64,000 bases of DNA from a bacterium (GCA_963675755.2 CAXXMD010000002.1:128001-192000), one strand, 5' to 3'; positions 31,813-42,717 are shown, counted from the first letter of the stretch. Translations and numbers: made by a program. The notes: generated from the sequence alone by a model not told the origin.

Positions 31813-32844
31813 ATGTTCAAACGAAAGAGACAAATCATTCTTCGCTACCTGGCCAATGAATGTTCCTTAAAGGAAATTCAAATGGTTGAGCAATGGATGA
31901 ACGCGGACCCGGAATTTAAAAAAGAAATTGAATCAATGAAACAAATCTGGAATATCCAGAAAAAACAAAAATTAAATATCAACATGAATGCCGCATGGGA
32001 AAAGATTACATCCCAGGCAGAAATGCAGTATTCTCCGAAACGTACAGGAAGCAAGGCAGGTTTTATGGATTGGCTTGTTTCTCCATCTTTTGCAAGAGCA
32101 GGAAAAGGTTTTGCGTTTGTCATGCTGGTTGTGATAGTAATGTTTGCGTCTTTCCAACTCATCACACGAATCGATCAAAATCCGACACAAAACCTTGTGG
32201 CATACAATACAGTCAAAGTGGATACAGGTAAACGGTTGACCCTAACCCTGAGTGATGGCTCAAAAGTAACATTGGATGCTGGCAGTGAGTTTAAATATCC
32301 CACCGAATTTGCTGATACAAGAGAGGTCTATTTAAAGGGTGAGGCCTTTTTTCAGGTAGCCCGCGATCCTAAACATCCATTTCATGTGCATGCGAACCAG
32401 GCAATGGTCAAGGTGTTGGGAACAAAATTCAATGTCCGCGCCTGGGAAGATATTAATGCTGTAGAAGTAGCTGTTGAATCCGGTTTGGTTGCCTTTTCAA
32501 ATAGCTCAGTCATAACGGATTCTGTTCTTTTGTCAAAGAATAAATATAGTTTTCTGTCTGCTGATGGAATCCCCTCTGAACCTGTTACCATCAACATTCA
32601 GGAATATACAAGCTGGATGAATAATGAAAAATATTTTCATAATGCCAGTCTGAAAGAAGTAGTTGCCCAATTAGAAAGATGGTATGGATATCAGTTCTAT
32701 GTTGATGATGAATCTGTTTTGGATAAAAAGTTGACAATTCATCTGAAACGAATCAATATGGATGATATCATTGAGCTAATTGCTGTACTGACCGATACCC
32801 GTGTTGAGAGAAATGATAACGAATTCAGAATATTAAAAAAATAA
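31813..32844 (+). CDS. FecR-family anti-sigma factor
   Basis: One TM, LSDGSKVTLDAGS, GEAFFQV, VLGTKFNV and LERWY motifs. Confidence 0.95.
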   Translation: MFKRKRQIILRYLANECSLKEIQMVEQWMNADPEFKKEIESMKQIWNIQKKQKLNINMNAAWEKITSQAEMQYSPKRTGSKAGFMDWLVSPSFARAGKGFAFVMLVVIVMFASFQLITRIDQNPTQNLVAYNTVKVDTGKRLTLTLSDGSKVTLDAGSEFKYPTEFADTREVYLKGEAFFQVARDPKHPFHVHANQAMVKVLGTKFNVRAWEDINAVEVAVESGLVAFSNSSVITDSVLLSKNKYSFLSADGIPSEPVTINIQEYTSWMNNEKYFHNASLKEVVAQLERWYGYQFYVDDESVLDKKLTIHLKRINMDDIIELIAVLTDTRVERNDNEFRILKK

Positions 32845-32856
32845 GGTATTAAATTA

Positions 32857-35800
32857 ATGAATCACTTTAGCAAAAGTATGATTTTCTTTCTGGTGATGTT
32901 GATTTTTCAATTATCTTTTGCGCAGGAAGAACATGATTATAGCAGGGAAATGCTTGAGAAATTTGGAGGGCAAAAAATACCTTCAAATTTACTGAATAAA
33001 ATATCTTTGGATATTGATAACGAACCTCTCGAAGCTGCTCTTGATTCAATTACAACCCAGACACAGCTTGCCTTCAATTATCCCAGTAATGGTATACCCT
33101 TACAGAAAAGAATAACTATAAAAATGGATAAAGTATATGCTTTGGAAGCTTTATTGTCAATATTAAAAAATACAGGTACCACCTTACAGATCACCAATGG
33201 TGGAATGCTTGCTTTGTTACCCCAGAATGAACGTCCATCTAGTTACTTTGGTAGAATCAAGGGAACTGTTGTTGATAAAGATACAGGAGAACCTCTACCC
33301 GGTGCCAATGTAGTGGTTAAAGGCACTGCGATAGGTTCAGCCTCTAATATTGAAGGTGAATTTTCTATCCCAAGAATACAACCTGGAAGTTATACCCTTG
33401 ATGTGACTTTTATTGGATATAAGCAGGAATTTGTTGATGTGACCGTCCAGACCAACAAAACAACCCAGATAACTGTAAATATGGATTATGATGTGTTAGA
33501 AGGAACAGAAGTGATTGTTTCCGCACAGCGTGAGGGACAGATTGCAGCTATCAACCAGCAGCTGACAGCAAATTCAATTATGAATGTAGTATCTGCTGAC
33601 CGTATTCAGGAATTACCGGATGCGAATGCGGCAGAAGCAATTGGCCGGCTTCCGGGTATTGCGGTGCAACGAAGTGCAGGTGAAGCATCAAAAGTTATGA
33701 TACGCGGTTTGCAGCCCAAATTAAGCACCATAACAGTAAACGGCGTCAAGATGCCGGCAACTGACGGTCAGGACCGTTCCGTTGACCTCAGTATGATCTC
33801 ACCTGATCTACTCGCTGGTATTGAAGTGTTCAAATCCCCAACACCAGATATGGATGCCGAAGCGCTGGGTGGTACCGTAAACCTGGTTTTGCAAAAAGCC
33901 CCGGATGCACGAACCATTCGCGTTAGAGGATACGGCGGTTACAATCACCAAAATGATGACTGGGGTGATTATAAAAGTTCTGCAATGATGAGCAACCGGT
34001 TTTTTAACCGTTCATTGGGTGTGATAGCGGGTGTAAACCTTGAACGCTTTAACCGAGGCAGCCAGTCGTTAAGTGCAAGCTATACCAGCTTGGGAGTACG
34101 TGATGCAAGTGGAAAATACCTGCAACAAACGAATACGGTTTCACTGTCTAATGGAGCACAGATAAGAAAAAGATGGGGTGCAAATTTAAACCTGGATTAC
34201 GAGTTTTTAAACGGTTCTATTGTGCTGACAAATTTTTACAGTGAAACCTCGAGAGAAATTTTTAACCAGTCATTGAATTACAGTGCTGAAAATGCGACCA
34301 GTGGATATTCCGCAACATCTCAGGAAACAGAATTAAAAGCATTTTCAAACGCAATTAGCATAAATCAGAATGTTGCCGGAATGGACATTACCATGGGAGT
34401 CAGCCGTTACGAGATCAATTCCGACTATCCCTATTACAGTAGTCTCACGTTTACGCAAACAAGTTCTTTTAATACAAATCCGGATAACATGCCCGATGGC
34501 GGTATTTTATATAATCCCAACCTGACACCTGATCAAATACCTCTGGCTACTCATGTAGATCTTGAAAATACAAAGCTTAGAAATGCCAGTGTAGTAATGG
34601 ATAGTACCAACCAGGTTGATTATACATACCAGTTTGATCTTCAGAAACCTGTTGTAATAGGCAGTAAAATTGCCGGATTTATTAAAATGGGTGGAAAATA
34701 TTTTTCAACCAAACGAGACCATGGCGCGGGTACACGGGGTGATTTCTTTTATTACCTAGGTGGAAATCAGACTCAAACCGCTATCAATAATCATCCCACT
34801 TCTTTAATTTTGACATCAAATGGTGACTATATCTCGTTATTGAATTTTGTCGATCCCAATACTTCTGTTGATAATTTTCTTGATGGAGATTATGATTATC
34901 ACACCATATTGGATGAAGACAAGGTTAAAGACTGGAATACATACCACAATTCGGAATACCGCACTGACAGGTCAGGTATTGTCAATAATTATAATCTTGA
35001 AGAATCAATCAGTGCCGGTTATATCATGGCAAAACTGAATTTCGGACAAAAGCTGACGCTCATTCCGGGCGTACGCTATGAACATTCGGACAATGAATAT
35101 TCTGCAAAGTGGTCTACCATTTCTGGTGATTATGGTGCTTTAGGCTACGCACAAGATACAACAACCACTCAGAATTATGGACACTGGCTGCCGCATCTGC
35201 ATGTAAAATATCAGCCCTTGTCCTGGTTTGATTTGCGATTGTCTACTACCCGGACTCTTGCACGCCCGGATTTCAGTGCATTATCTCCACGTACGCAATT
35301 AAATATAGACACTCAAAGAATTGTTCGTGGAAATCCGGATTTAAAAGCTGCAAAATCATGGAATTATGATATTACTGCATCTATATACAGTAACAGCTTT
35401 GGACTGTTTACATTTAGTGGATTTTACAAAGACATTGAGGATATTTTTTACAGCAAGACAACCTATATCGTTAAAGATGATGATGTAATCAAATACCAAA
35501 TTCCGGGACAAACAAAAGGCTGGCGAATGACATATACTGAAAATTCAACAGCTCAAGTTTGGGGATTTGAAACGGATGTTCAAACACAGTTACGCTTTTT
35601 ACCCGGTTTGTTAAAAGGTATCGTGTTTAATGCGAATTATTCAGTGTTTAAATCTGAAGCATTGTTCCCTGAAACAGATTTGGATGTTGAAATTGATTAT
35701 TCAACTTATCCTTTCACATCCATCTATACAGTTACAGATAGTTACCGCAAAGGAAAAATGCCTGGCCAGGCTGACCAGATTGCAAACCTTGCTCTTGGAT

Positions 35801-36078
35801 ATGATATTGGTTCATTTTCTGTTAGAGTTTCTGCCAACTATCAGGGTAAATTTATATCCAGTGTTGGTACCATTGAAGAAATTGACAGATATACTGATGA
35901 ATTCTGGCGCTGGGATGCATCTGCAAAGTATCATCTAAATGATCATATGAGCTTGCATCTCAACCTTATCAACTTTACCAATCAATATGATCACCATTAT
36001 TTAGGTTATGTTACATATCCAACGAGCATGCAGTATTATGGTCGTGCGGGAAATGCTGGAATCGAATATGTATTTTAA
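32857..36078 (+). CDS. TonB-dependent receptor (transducer type: STN-like + carboxypeptidase-regulatory-like + plug + barrel), non-SusC
   Basis: Signal peptide, N-terminal extension, GEPLPGANV, ELPDANAAEAIGRLPG plug, TLARP, GNPDL and C-terminal Phe. Confidence 0.95.
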   Translation: MNHFSKSMIFFLVMLIFQLSFAQEEHDYSREMLEKFGGQKIPSNLLNKISLDIDNEPLEAALDSITTQTQLAFNYPSNGIPLQKRITIKMDKVYALEALLSILKNTGTTLQITNGGMLALLPQNERPSSYFGRIKGTVVDKDTGEPLPGANVVVKGTAIGSASNIEGEFSIPRIQPGSYTLDVTFIGYKQEFVDVTVQTNKTTQITVNMDYDVLEGTEVIVSAQREGQIAAINQQLTANSIMNVVSADRIQELPDANAAEAIGRLPGIAVQRSAGEASKVMIRGLQPKLSTITVNGVKMPATDGQDRSVDLSMISPDLLAGIEVFKSPTPDMDAEALGGTVNLVLQKAPDARTIRVRGYGGYNHQNDDWGDYKSSAMMSNRFFNRSLGVIAGVNLERFNRGSQSLSASYTSLGVRDASGKYLQQTNTVSLSNGAQIRKRWGANLNLDYEFLNGSIVLTNFYSETSREIFNQSLNYSAENATSGYSATSQETELKAFSNAISINQNVAGMDITMGVSRYEINSDYPYYSSLTFTQTSSFNTNPDNMPDGGILYNPNLTPDQIPLATHVDLENTKLRNASVVMDSTNQVDYTYQFDLQKPVVIGSKIAGFIKMGGKYFSTKRDHGAGTRGDFFYYLGGNQTQTAINNHPTSLILTSNGDYISLLNFVDPNTSVDNFLDGDYDYHTILDEDKVKDWNTYHNSEYRTDRSGIVNNYNLEESISAGYIMAKLNFGQKLTLIPGVRYEHSDNEYSAKWSTISGDYGALGYAQDTTTTQNYGHWLPHLHVKYQPLSWFDLRLSTTRTLARPDFSALSPRTQLNIDTQRIVRGNPDLKAAKSWNYDITASIYSNSFGLFTFSGFYKDIEDIFYSKTTYIVKDDDVIKYQIPGQTKGWRMTYTENSTAQVWGFETDVQTQLRFLPGLLKGIVFNANYSVFKSEALFPETDLDVEIDYSTYPFTSIYTVTDSYRKGKMPGQADQIANLALGYDIGSFSVRVSANYQGKFISSVGTIEEIDRYTDEFWRWDASAKYHLNDHMSLHLNLINFTNQYDHHYLGYVTYPTSMQYYGRAGNAGIEYVF

Positions 36079-36096
36079 AAGGTTGTTGATTTTTGA

Positions 36097-36129
36097 TTTG
36101 AAAGGAGGCTTGTGAGCAGATTTTCTTAA
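36097..36129 (+). promoter_or_regulatory. Orphan Shine-Dalgarno / mini-ORF element, copy 1
   Basis: ttgaAAGGAGGcttGTGAGCAGATTTTCTTAA; the SD ends 72 nt before the next start. A matching element lies at 63217-63258. Confidence 0.5.
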
Positions 36130-36180
36130 TAATTGTAACTCAATCATTGGATAAAACTAATTCTAGAGAGGTATGGAAAA

Positions 36181-37749
36181 ATGAATAAAGCCCAAAAATT
36201 GTTACAAAATCTTATTATCATCAATTGCGTTGTACTCATGTTTGCTTCTATATTATCGGCAAGAGAAGTAGTTATCGATCCCAATATTCCAAACGAGATG
36301 TATAATGTGATCACTGCTGACTCTACAGCAAGACGTGATGCTGGCGAACCTACTTATTATGTATTGAAACGTGGTGGCGTGTATCCGATCCAAACAACGA
36401 TTAAGGCAGTTGACTATGATTTTAATTTAAAGGCTGAAGACGGAGAAGGAGCTTTACCTTTAGTTGTTCCTGCACCCACAGAAGATGGCGGATACAATCG
36501 TTTTATATATTTTTACCAGAGCGGAACTTTTGAAAATATACATTTCGATATGACCCGTCCCAATGGCGCGTACAGTGATAGATCACTTAGAATTTATGGT
36601 ACTGATGCAGATATCTCTTTTAAGGGCTGTATCATGAACCATGACCGTGGTGGTTTCATTGTGATCATGAGTGACAGTAATGATATCTTTATTGAAGATT
36701 GTTTGTTTGGAAATGGTAATGTTCATAACGCAATAGGTGGAAACGGACGCTTACTGGAATGCCGTAGCGGTTCGGTAGACACTATGATCGTTACCAACTC
36801 TACTTTTTACAATTTGTCTGACCGCGTTGTCCGTAATATGGGCACAGAGATCAATTACCTGGAAATGAACCATGTTACCGGTATGAATGCGCAATCACAC
36901 ATGGGATGTATTCAATTAGGTAAAACCCACAAGTTTAAATACACCAATAATATCTTTGTGAACTATTGCGCTGAAGGTGATCATCCGCTTGTAAACGAAA
37001 TAACATCTCCTGAAAAGGCATTTTACGCGATTGCGGTTGATACATTGTACGATGATCACGATTTTATCATTAATTACAACAATATGTATATTGAACAAAA
37101 TCTGCTTGATTATTTTGCAAGCAATGATTCTGTAGGTGTTCCCGGTGTTGTTGCTCCGTTACTGGCATCTGCTTTAACCAATACAGATGCTACTCATTTT
37201 TCTGAAGTTCTCGAGTTCGTAAACGGTCCGGATTCCATTATCGATTTCATTACTGCAATCTATGAAGATCCTAATGCTACAGAATTTCCCAATAACTGGT
37301 GTGATAAAGACATTACCACATTAGATTTTGCTTACTCTGTTGATTCACAGTCTTATACCGCAGGTAAAGGTGGATTTCCGCTTGGCGATTTGAACTGGTT
37401 CCCTGAAAAGAAACAGGAATGGGCAGGTTGGTATCCTACTGATGTTGAAGAACAGGGTACGGCAGTGGTTGAGGATTTCAAATTGTTTCAAAACTATCCC
37501 AATCCTTTTAATCCTTCAACTGTTATTGATTACACACTCCTCAAATCCAGTAATGTTAAACTGACTGTTTACAACGCATTGGGACAGCAGGTAGCAGATC
37601 TGGTCAATCAAAAACAGGCTGCGGGTACCTATTCAGTGAACTGGAATGCATTAGATAATCAGACCAATCCATTGTCTGCTGGTATTTATTTTTACAAACT
37701 TGAAACAGAATCATTTTCTCAAGTAAATAAAATGGTTCTATTAAAGTAA
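36181..37749 (+). CDS. Secreted TBDR-partner protein (beta-helix-like) with C-terminal T9SS-A/FlgD-like sorting domain
   Basis: Signal peptide, YVLKRGGVY, beta-helix-like repeats, GFPLGDLNWFP and QNYPNPFN...GIYFY...KMVLLK. Confidence 0.8.
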   Translation: MNKAQKLLQNLIIINCVVLMFASILSAREVVIDPNIPNEMYNVITADSTARRDAGEPTYYVLKRGGVYPIQTTIKAVDYDFNLKAEDGEGALPLVVPAPTEDGGYNRFIYFYQSGTFENIHFDMTRPNGAYSDRSLRIYGTDADISFKGCIMNHDRGGFIVIMSDSNDIFIEDCLFGNGNVHNAIGGNGRLLECRSGSVDTMIVTNSTFYNLSDRVVRNMGTEINYLEMNHVTGMNAQSHMGCIQLGKTHKFKYTNNIFVNYCAEGDHPLVNEITSPEKAFYAIAVDTLYDDHDFIINYNNMYIEQNLLDYFASNDSVGVPGVVAPLLASALTNTDATHFSEVLEFVNGPDSIIDFITAIYEDPNATEFPNNWCDKDITTLDFAYSVDSQSYTAGKGGFPLGDLNWFPEKKQEWAGWYPTDVEEQGTAVVEDFKLFQNYPNPFNPSTVIDYTLLKSSNVKLTVYNALGQQVADLVNQKQAAGTYSVNWNALDNQTNPLSAGIYFYKLETESFSQVNKMVLLK

Positions 37750-37806
37750 CGCAATTATGAATAACTGATTTACTCTTTCTACCCAAATGACTTACTCTTG
37801 ACAACA

Positions 37807-37843
37807 ATTGTCCCGGAGATCCTGAACAAATCTCCGGGACAAT
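37807..37843. terminator. Perfect 14-bp hairpin without a U-tract (stabiliser or weak terminator)
   Basis: ATTGTCCCGGAGAT-cctgaacaa-ATCTCCGGGACAAT. Confidence 0.7.
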
Positions 37844-37884
37844 ATTAATAACAATTTATATTATTCTCAAATAAACAGGCAATT

Positions 37885-40125
37885 ATGAAATATTTGTATT
37901 TGTTTTTGGTGATCTCTGTCTTAACCAGTAAAATTTTTGCTGTTGATTTTTATATTTCTCCAAAAGGATCTGATCAAAATTCTGGTTCTATTGAAAAACC
38001 CTTCAAAACAATAAGTGGGGCAAAAGAACATGTACGCATATTCTTACAAAATCATGATGTCAATGATGATATAAATGTGTGGTTGCGGGAGGGCACATAT
38101 TATCTTGAAAAATCAGTCGAGTTTGATAATCGGGATTCTGGTAATGAAACCGCAAAAGTAATTTATCAATCCTTTTCGGGCGAGGATGTGTTTTTATCTG
38201 GTGGAAAATCTGTGCCGGTAAATTTGGTGGAATCTGTTTATGATACCCGGATTTTAGATCGTTTACTCTCTGATCAGGCAAAAAAGCATTTAAAGCAAAT
38301 TGATTTAAAAACTATAAAAATTACAGATTTTGGTGAGCACAAACAATTCGGATTTGGCTTGCCGGTAGTCTGTACACCCTTGGAATTCTATATTAATAAT
38401 GAAAAAATGGATCTTGCTCAATATCCCAATGATGGATTTGTTAAAATCGGTCAGGTTATTGATCATGGTTCAGTGCCTCGCAGAGATGATTATGAAAACA
38501 TCAGAGGGGGAACTTTTGAATATTCTGATTTTCGTCATGAAAAGTGGCAGGATATAAATAACGTTTGGCTAAAAGGTACATTTAACCGGGGATATGCTGA
38601 TGATTATATTCAAATAAAAAGTATTGATACATTAAAAAAGCAGATAACACTGGCATCACCGCACATGTACGGACTTGCTTCTGGAAAAGATTTTCAGCAA
38701 TACAAAGCCATCAATATATTTGAAGAAATTGATACGCCGGGTGAGTGGTATCTCGACCGGGACAAGAGTATATTGTATTTTTGGCCACCTGATAATGTAA
38801 CATTGGAAAGTATTTGTGTATCCATGTTAAAAGATCCCATGGTAGTTTTTGAAAATTCATCTTTTATTGAATTCAGAAATGTTGTTTTTCAGAATACCCG
38901 GGGTATGGGTATTTACATTGAAGAGGGTAGTAATATCCTGATCAGGGGATGCGTACTGCGGAATATCGGTACAGTTGCTGTTATGATGGGGCAGGGTGCG
39001 AAACAGACATTCCCGCATATTACACATGATCAATATACCGGCGAACCAGTATCCCGAGAAATCGGGTCGTTGAGGCCGCATTTATATGACAATTCAGTAT
39101 GGGACCGCAAGGCCGGACATCATCATGGTGTGCAGAGCTGTGAAATATATAATACAGGGATTGGTGGAATTATTTTAAGTGGTGGCAGCAAAAAGACTCT
39201 CACTCCTGGATACTGTTTTGTGGATAATTGTAAAATATATGATTTTCAGACCCGGGTAGGCACCCAGGGAAATGCCATTGCAATTGACGGCTGTGGTAAC
39301 AGGATCAGTCATTGTGAGATTTTTAATTCTGAACAGCAGGCGATTCTGGTTTACGGCAATGATCATGTTTTCGAGTATAACAACATTCATCATATTGCAT
39401 TGAATACCAACGATGCTTCTGCCTGGTATACAGGTAGAAATCCTAGTGACCGGGGGCATATAATCCGTTACAATTTTTTTCATCATATAGGACGCCCTGA
39501 TCGTGAACTTATAATGGGAATTTACTTTGATGATTCCGCCTGTGGTGTGGATGTGATTGGAAATATATTTTATAAAGTAGCATCGTATGGTACCATCTAC
39601 AGTAATGCCGGTTCAGACTTGAAAATACGCAATAACATTTTTATTGAAGGATATGGCCCTGCACTGCAATTGAAATCCCGCTGGTGGGATCGTCTATTAA
39701 CCGCGCGGGAGAACAACCTCGGTGAAAACAGTATTTTCTATAAACGCCTAGTCAAAGAAATTGACCTGAAAAGTCCTCCTTACAGTACACATTATCCTGA
39801 ACTCATGAATTGGATGGACATTACCGATGATGGTGAAAACTTGTATGGTATGTTTCCTGAGAGGAATGAGTTCAGTGATAATATAATTGTAAATTATCCG
39901 GAAACCTGCCGACTGACAGGCATTTACAGCAAGTTCCAATTTGGTAACAATTGTGTGATCAAAGGAGACCCCGGTTTTTCTGATTATGGAAATATGGATT
40001 TCAACCTGGAAGATTATTCGGTGGTCTATCGCAAACTTGCAAATTTTAAGCCTGTTCCATTTAATGAAATGGGGCTCTATAAAGATGATTTTAGAAATGT
40101 TGTTGAAAGACTAATTATAAAATAA
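37885..40125 (+). CDS. Secreted right-handed beta-helix protein (GH141-like, probable glycan-degrading enzyme)
   Basis: Signal peptide, FYISPKGSDQNSGS..KPFKTI, LREGTY, DTPGEWYLD and GIYFDD motifs. Confidence 0.75.
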   Translation: MKYLYLFLVISVLTSKIFAVDFYISPKGSDQNSGSIEKPFKTISGAKEHVRIFLQNHDVNDDINVWLREGTYYLEKSVEFDNRDSGNETAKVIYQSFSGEDVFLSGGKSVPVNLVESVYDTRILDRLLSDQAKKHLKQIDLKTIKITDFGEHKQFGFGLPVVCTPLEFYINNEKMDLAQYPNDGFVKIGQVIDHGSVPRRDDYENIRGGTFEYSDFRHEKWQDINNVWLKGTFNRGYADDYIQIKSIDTLKKQITLASPHMYGLASGKDFQQYKAINIFEEIDTPGEWYLDRDKSILYFWPPDNVTLESICVSMLKDPMVVFENSSFIEFRNVVFQNTRGMGIYIEEGSNILIRGCVLRNIGTVAVMMGQGAKQTFPHITHDQYTGEPVSREIGSLRPHLYDNSVWDRKAGHHHGVQSCEIYNTGIGGIILSGGSKKTLTPGYCFVDNCKIYDFQTRVGTQGNAIAIDGCGNRISHCEIFNSEQQAILVYGNDHVFEYNNIHHIALNTNDASAWYTGRNPSDRGHIIRYNFFHHIGRPDRELIMGIYFDDSACGVDVIGNIFYKVASYGTIYSNAGSDLKIRNNIFIEGYGPALQLKSRWWDRLLTARENNLGENSIFYKRLVKEIDLKSPPYSTHYPELMNWMDITDDGENLYGMFPERNEFSDNIIVNYPETCRLTGIYSKFQFGNNCVIKGDPGFSDYGNMDFNLEDYSVVYRKLANFKPVPFNEMGLYKDDFRNVVERLIIK

Positions 40126-40159
40126 TTACGGGTACTGGTAGCAATAAATACAGGAGATT

Positions 40160-42622
40160 GTGATGAGAAACAGATTTAATGTGGTATTTCGGATGATTTG
40201 TATGATAGTGTTAACTGCCATTTTACAGTCGGTAAATGCTGAAACTTTTAGAGTTGATGATTCAAATGTGAATGATGTTCTTGCTAATGCACAGCCGGGA
40301 GATGAGATCGTCTTTACGAATGGCTATTATTCAGGTTTACAGATTAGTATTAATTCCTCCGGCACTGAAGAATCACCCATAATTCTTCGTGCGGATTCTA
40401 CAGGCAAGGTGATTTTTACCGGTACAGGTTCAAGTTTGCGTTTTTTTGGCAATTGGGTTATTGTTGAGGGTTTTCGGTGGTTTAATGTGCACAAGAAAGT
40501 TTCAACACCTGTAATTTTATTCAAAGGTGCCAAACATAATGTTTTCAGAAACAACGAGATCTACAATTCTGGTGCAATAGAGGGAAGCTCTTCACGCGGT
40601 GTTATAAGAGTCATGAATACGTCGCAGAATAATATCATTGAGAATAACCGCTTTGAACATTCTTTAAGCATGGGAATCCAGGTCTGGTGCTGGGATGACG
40701 ATACAAACAATACAGACAATATTATCCGTAATAATCATTTTTTAGACCATATAGGTTACGAGGTGTTACAACTGGGGCAGGGCTCAAACAGTGCTTTTGT
40801 TGATCAGCGGACACTTGTTGAAAACAATCTCTTTGAGAATATAACCATGCAGGACCCTGAGCTGATTTCCTGCAAGACTTCAAAAAATATTATCAGGCAC
40901 AATACATTCAGAAATTGTAACAGTATGCTGGTGTTACGTACAGGTGCAGGTACTATTGTAGACGGAAACTGGTTTTTAAATTCTCATGGTATCCGCATAC
41001 ATGACCGAGATCATGTGATCATTAACAACTATATTGAAGGTCTTCCCTCTGTAATAAATTCAGATAATGAAGGTATTACAATTTATTCCGGTAATATGGA
41101 AAGACCCAATACGGATGGTTCTCATTATGCCGTTAAAAATGTACTCATTGCCAACAATACGGTTATCAATCATACAGCGGAACATATACAGATTGGCAGG
41201 AATGCTAATAACTGGCAGTTTGCACCGGACAGTTGCACTATTGAAAACAACCTGGTTGTGAATGATTCAGGTATTGGTATTGATTTTACAGTGGGAACAA
41301 ATTTTACTTTTAGCAAAAACATGGTATGGTCCACCGGCACCGGAACAAATGGCAATGCCCCGGATATGATTGTGTCAGACCCTTTATTTGAGAAAGACGA
41401 TATCATCTATCGTTTACAAGCAGCCAGTCCGGCGATTGATTCTGCACTTGTCGATACCCTTGTTCATATCGACATTGAGGGGCAAGCACGCGGTGAATTT
41501 CCAGATATTGGTGCGGATGAAGTGTCTGCGGATTCTGTTTTGTATACTCCTTTAAACGTTGATGATATTGGTCCCTCGGATATGCCCGAACGTAAAGAAT
41601 TCAGTCTTGATACAAAAGTTGTTGGCGATGGTAGTGTATCCATTGAACCGGAAGGCCCTGTTTATTTGGAAGGGACCGTGGTTAAAGTTACACCCGTAGC
41701 AGCAGAAGGCTTTTATTTTTATTGCTGGCGTGGAAATGCTATGAGCAATAAAATCCCTTATTATGTAAAAATGGATGATAATAAAAGTGTGACCGCTGTA
41801 TTTTATGCATACAAGAATAACACATTTATCCCCACTGACGACGCTTATATCGGTGGCGGAGAAAATGGGGACGGTAACTGGGGAGACAGCAAGAAATTAT
41901 ATGTACGGAATACCGAAAATGAAAAAAATATGCGAAAAACCCTGCTGAAATTTGATCTCCGCAAAGAAGATTATTCGCATGCTGATCATGCAATTTTGCG
42001 TTTGTATGTAAACAATATTTATAATGAAAGCACCTGTCCCTTTGTGATATACAATGTTGATGACAACTGGAAGGAATACGATGTAACCTGGAATACTGCT
42101 CCTGCAGTTATTTCGACTATTGATAGTTTTCGTATCAGCACTACAAAAGCATATGCCGAATTTGACATCACGGATTGCGTCAACAGCGAACTGGAAAATG
42201 ATGATATTATATCCATATCTCTCTGGGACACAACACAAAGCAACGCAGTTGCTTATTTTAAAAGTAAAGAAGAAAGTTCAGAATTACCTGAACTGGTGCT
42301 GACCAGCATTTCAGATGTATCTGAAAATATAGCCGGTATTGCAGATAAATTTTTATTAGACCAGAATTATCCCAATCCTTTTAATGCCGGAACGACAATA
42401 AAATATGGCATCAATAAACCGGGAAATGTTCTGATCAATATTTATAATATAAAAGGCGAGCTGATCAGTCGTCTTGTTGATGGTTTTAAACCTGCAGGTG
42501 AATATACTGTAAAGTGGAACGGTTCGACCGAATCTGGTATATCTGTCTCGAGCGGTGTTTACTTTTACTCAATCGAGTTTGATTCATTTGTTTTGAGGAA
42601 AAAAATGATCATGCTCAAATAG
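40160..42622 (+). CDS. Polysaccharide lyase family 6 (chondroitinase B/alginate lyase fold) + B-repeat + DNRLRE/CBM96-like domain + sorting domain
   Basis: AQPGDEIV..NG.Y; ELISCKT...IRHNTF..C..MLVLRTG carries the PL6 catalytic Lys/Arg pattern; PTDDAYI; NYPNPFN C-terminal domain. Confidence 0.85.
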   Translation: MMRNRFNVVFRMICMIVLTAILQSVNAETFRVDDSNVNDVLANAQPGDEIVFTNGYYSGLQISINSSGTEESPIILRADSTGKVIFTGTGSSLRFFGNWVIVEGFRWFNVHKKVSTPVILFKGAKHNVFRNNEIYNSGAIEGSSSRGVIRVMNTSQNNIIENNRFEHSLSMGIQVWCWDDDTNNTDNIIRNNHFLDHIGYEVLQLGQGSNSAFVDQRTLVENNLFENITMQDPELISCKTSKNIIRHNTFRNCNSMLVLRTGAGTIVDGNWFLNSHGIRIHDRDHVIINNYIEGLPSVINSDNEGITIYSGNMERPNTDGSHYAVKNVLIANNTVINHTAEHIQIGRNANNWQFAPDSCTIENNLVVNDSGIGIDFTVGTNFTFSKNMVWSTGTGTNGNAPDMIVSDPLFEKDDIIYRLQAASPAIDSALVDTLVHIDIEGQARGEFPDIGADEVSADSVLYTPLNVDDIGPSDMPERKEFSLDTKVVGDGSVSIEPEGPVYLEGTVVKVTPVAAEGFYFYCWRGNAMSNKIPYYVKMDDNKSVTAVFYAYKNNTFIPTDDAYIGGGENGDGNWGDSKKLYVRNTENEKNMRKTLLKFDLRKEDYSHADHAILRLYVNNIYNESTCPFVIYNVDDNWKEYDVTWNTAPAVISTIDSFRISTTKAYAEFDITDCVNSELENDDIISISLWDTTQSNAVAYFKSKEESSELPELVLTSISDVSENIAGIADKFLLDQNYPNPFNAGTTIKYGINKPGNVLINIYNIKGELISRLVDGFKPAGEYTVKWNGSTESGISVSSGVYFYSIEFDSFVLRKKMIMLK

Positions 42623-42717
42623 TAAGCACAAAAAACTGACCATTAACTACACATTATAGGGCTGTACGGATTTTGTTGAGAGCAAGTTGACTGGCCTTAT
42701 ATTGTGGAGGAGGTAAT

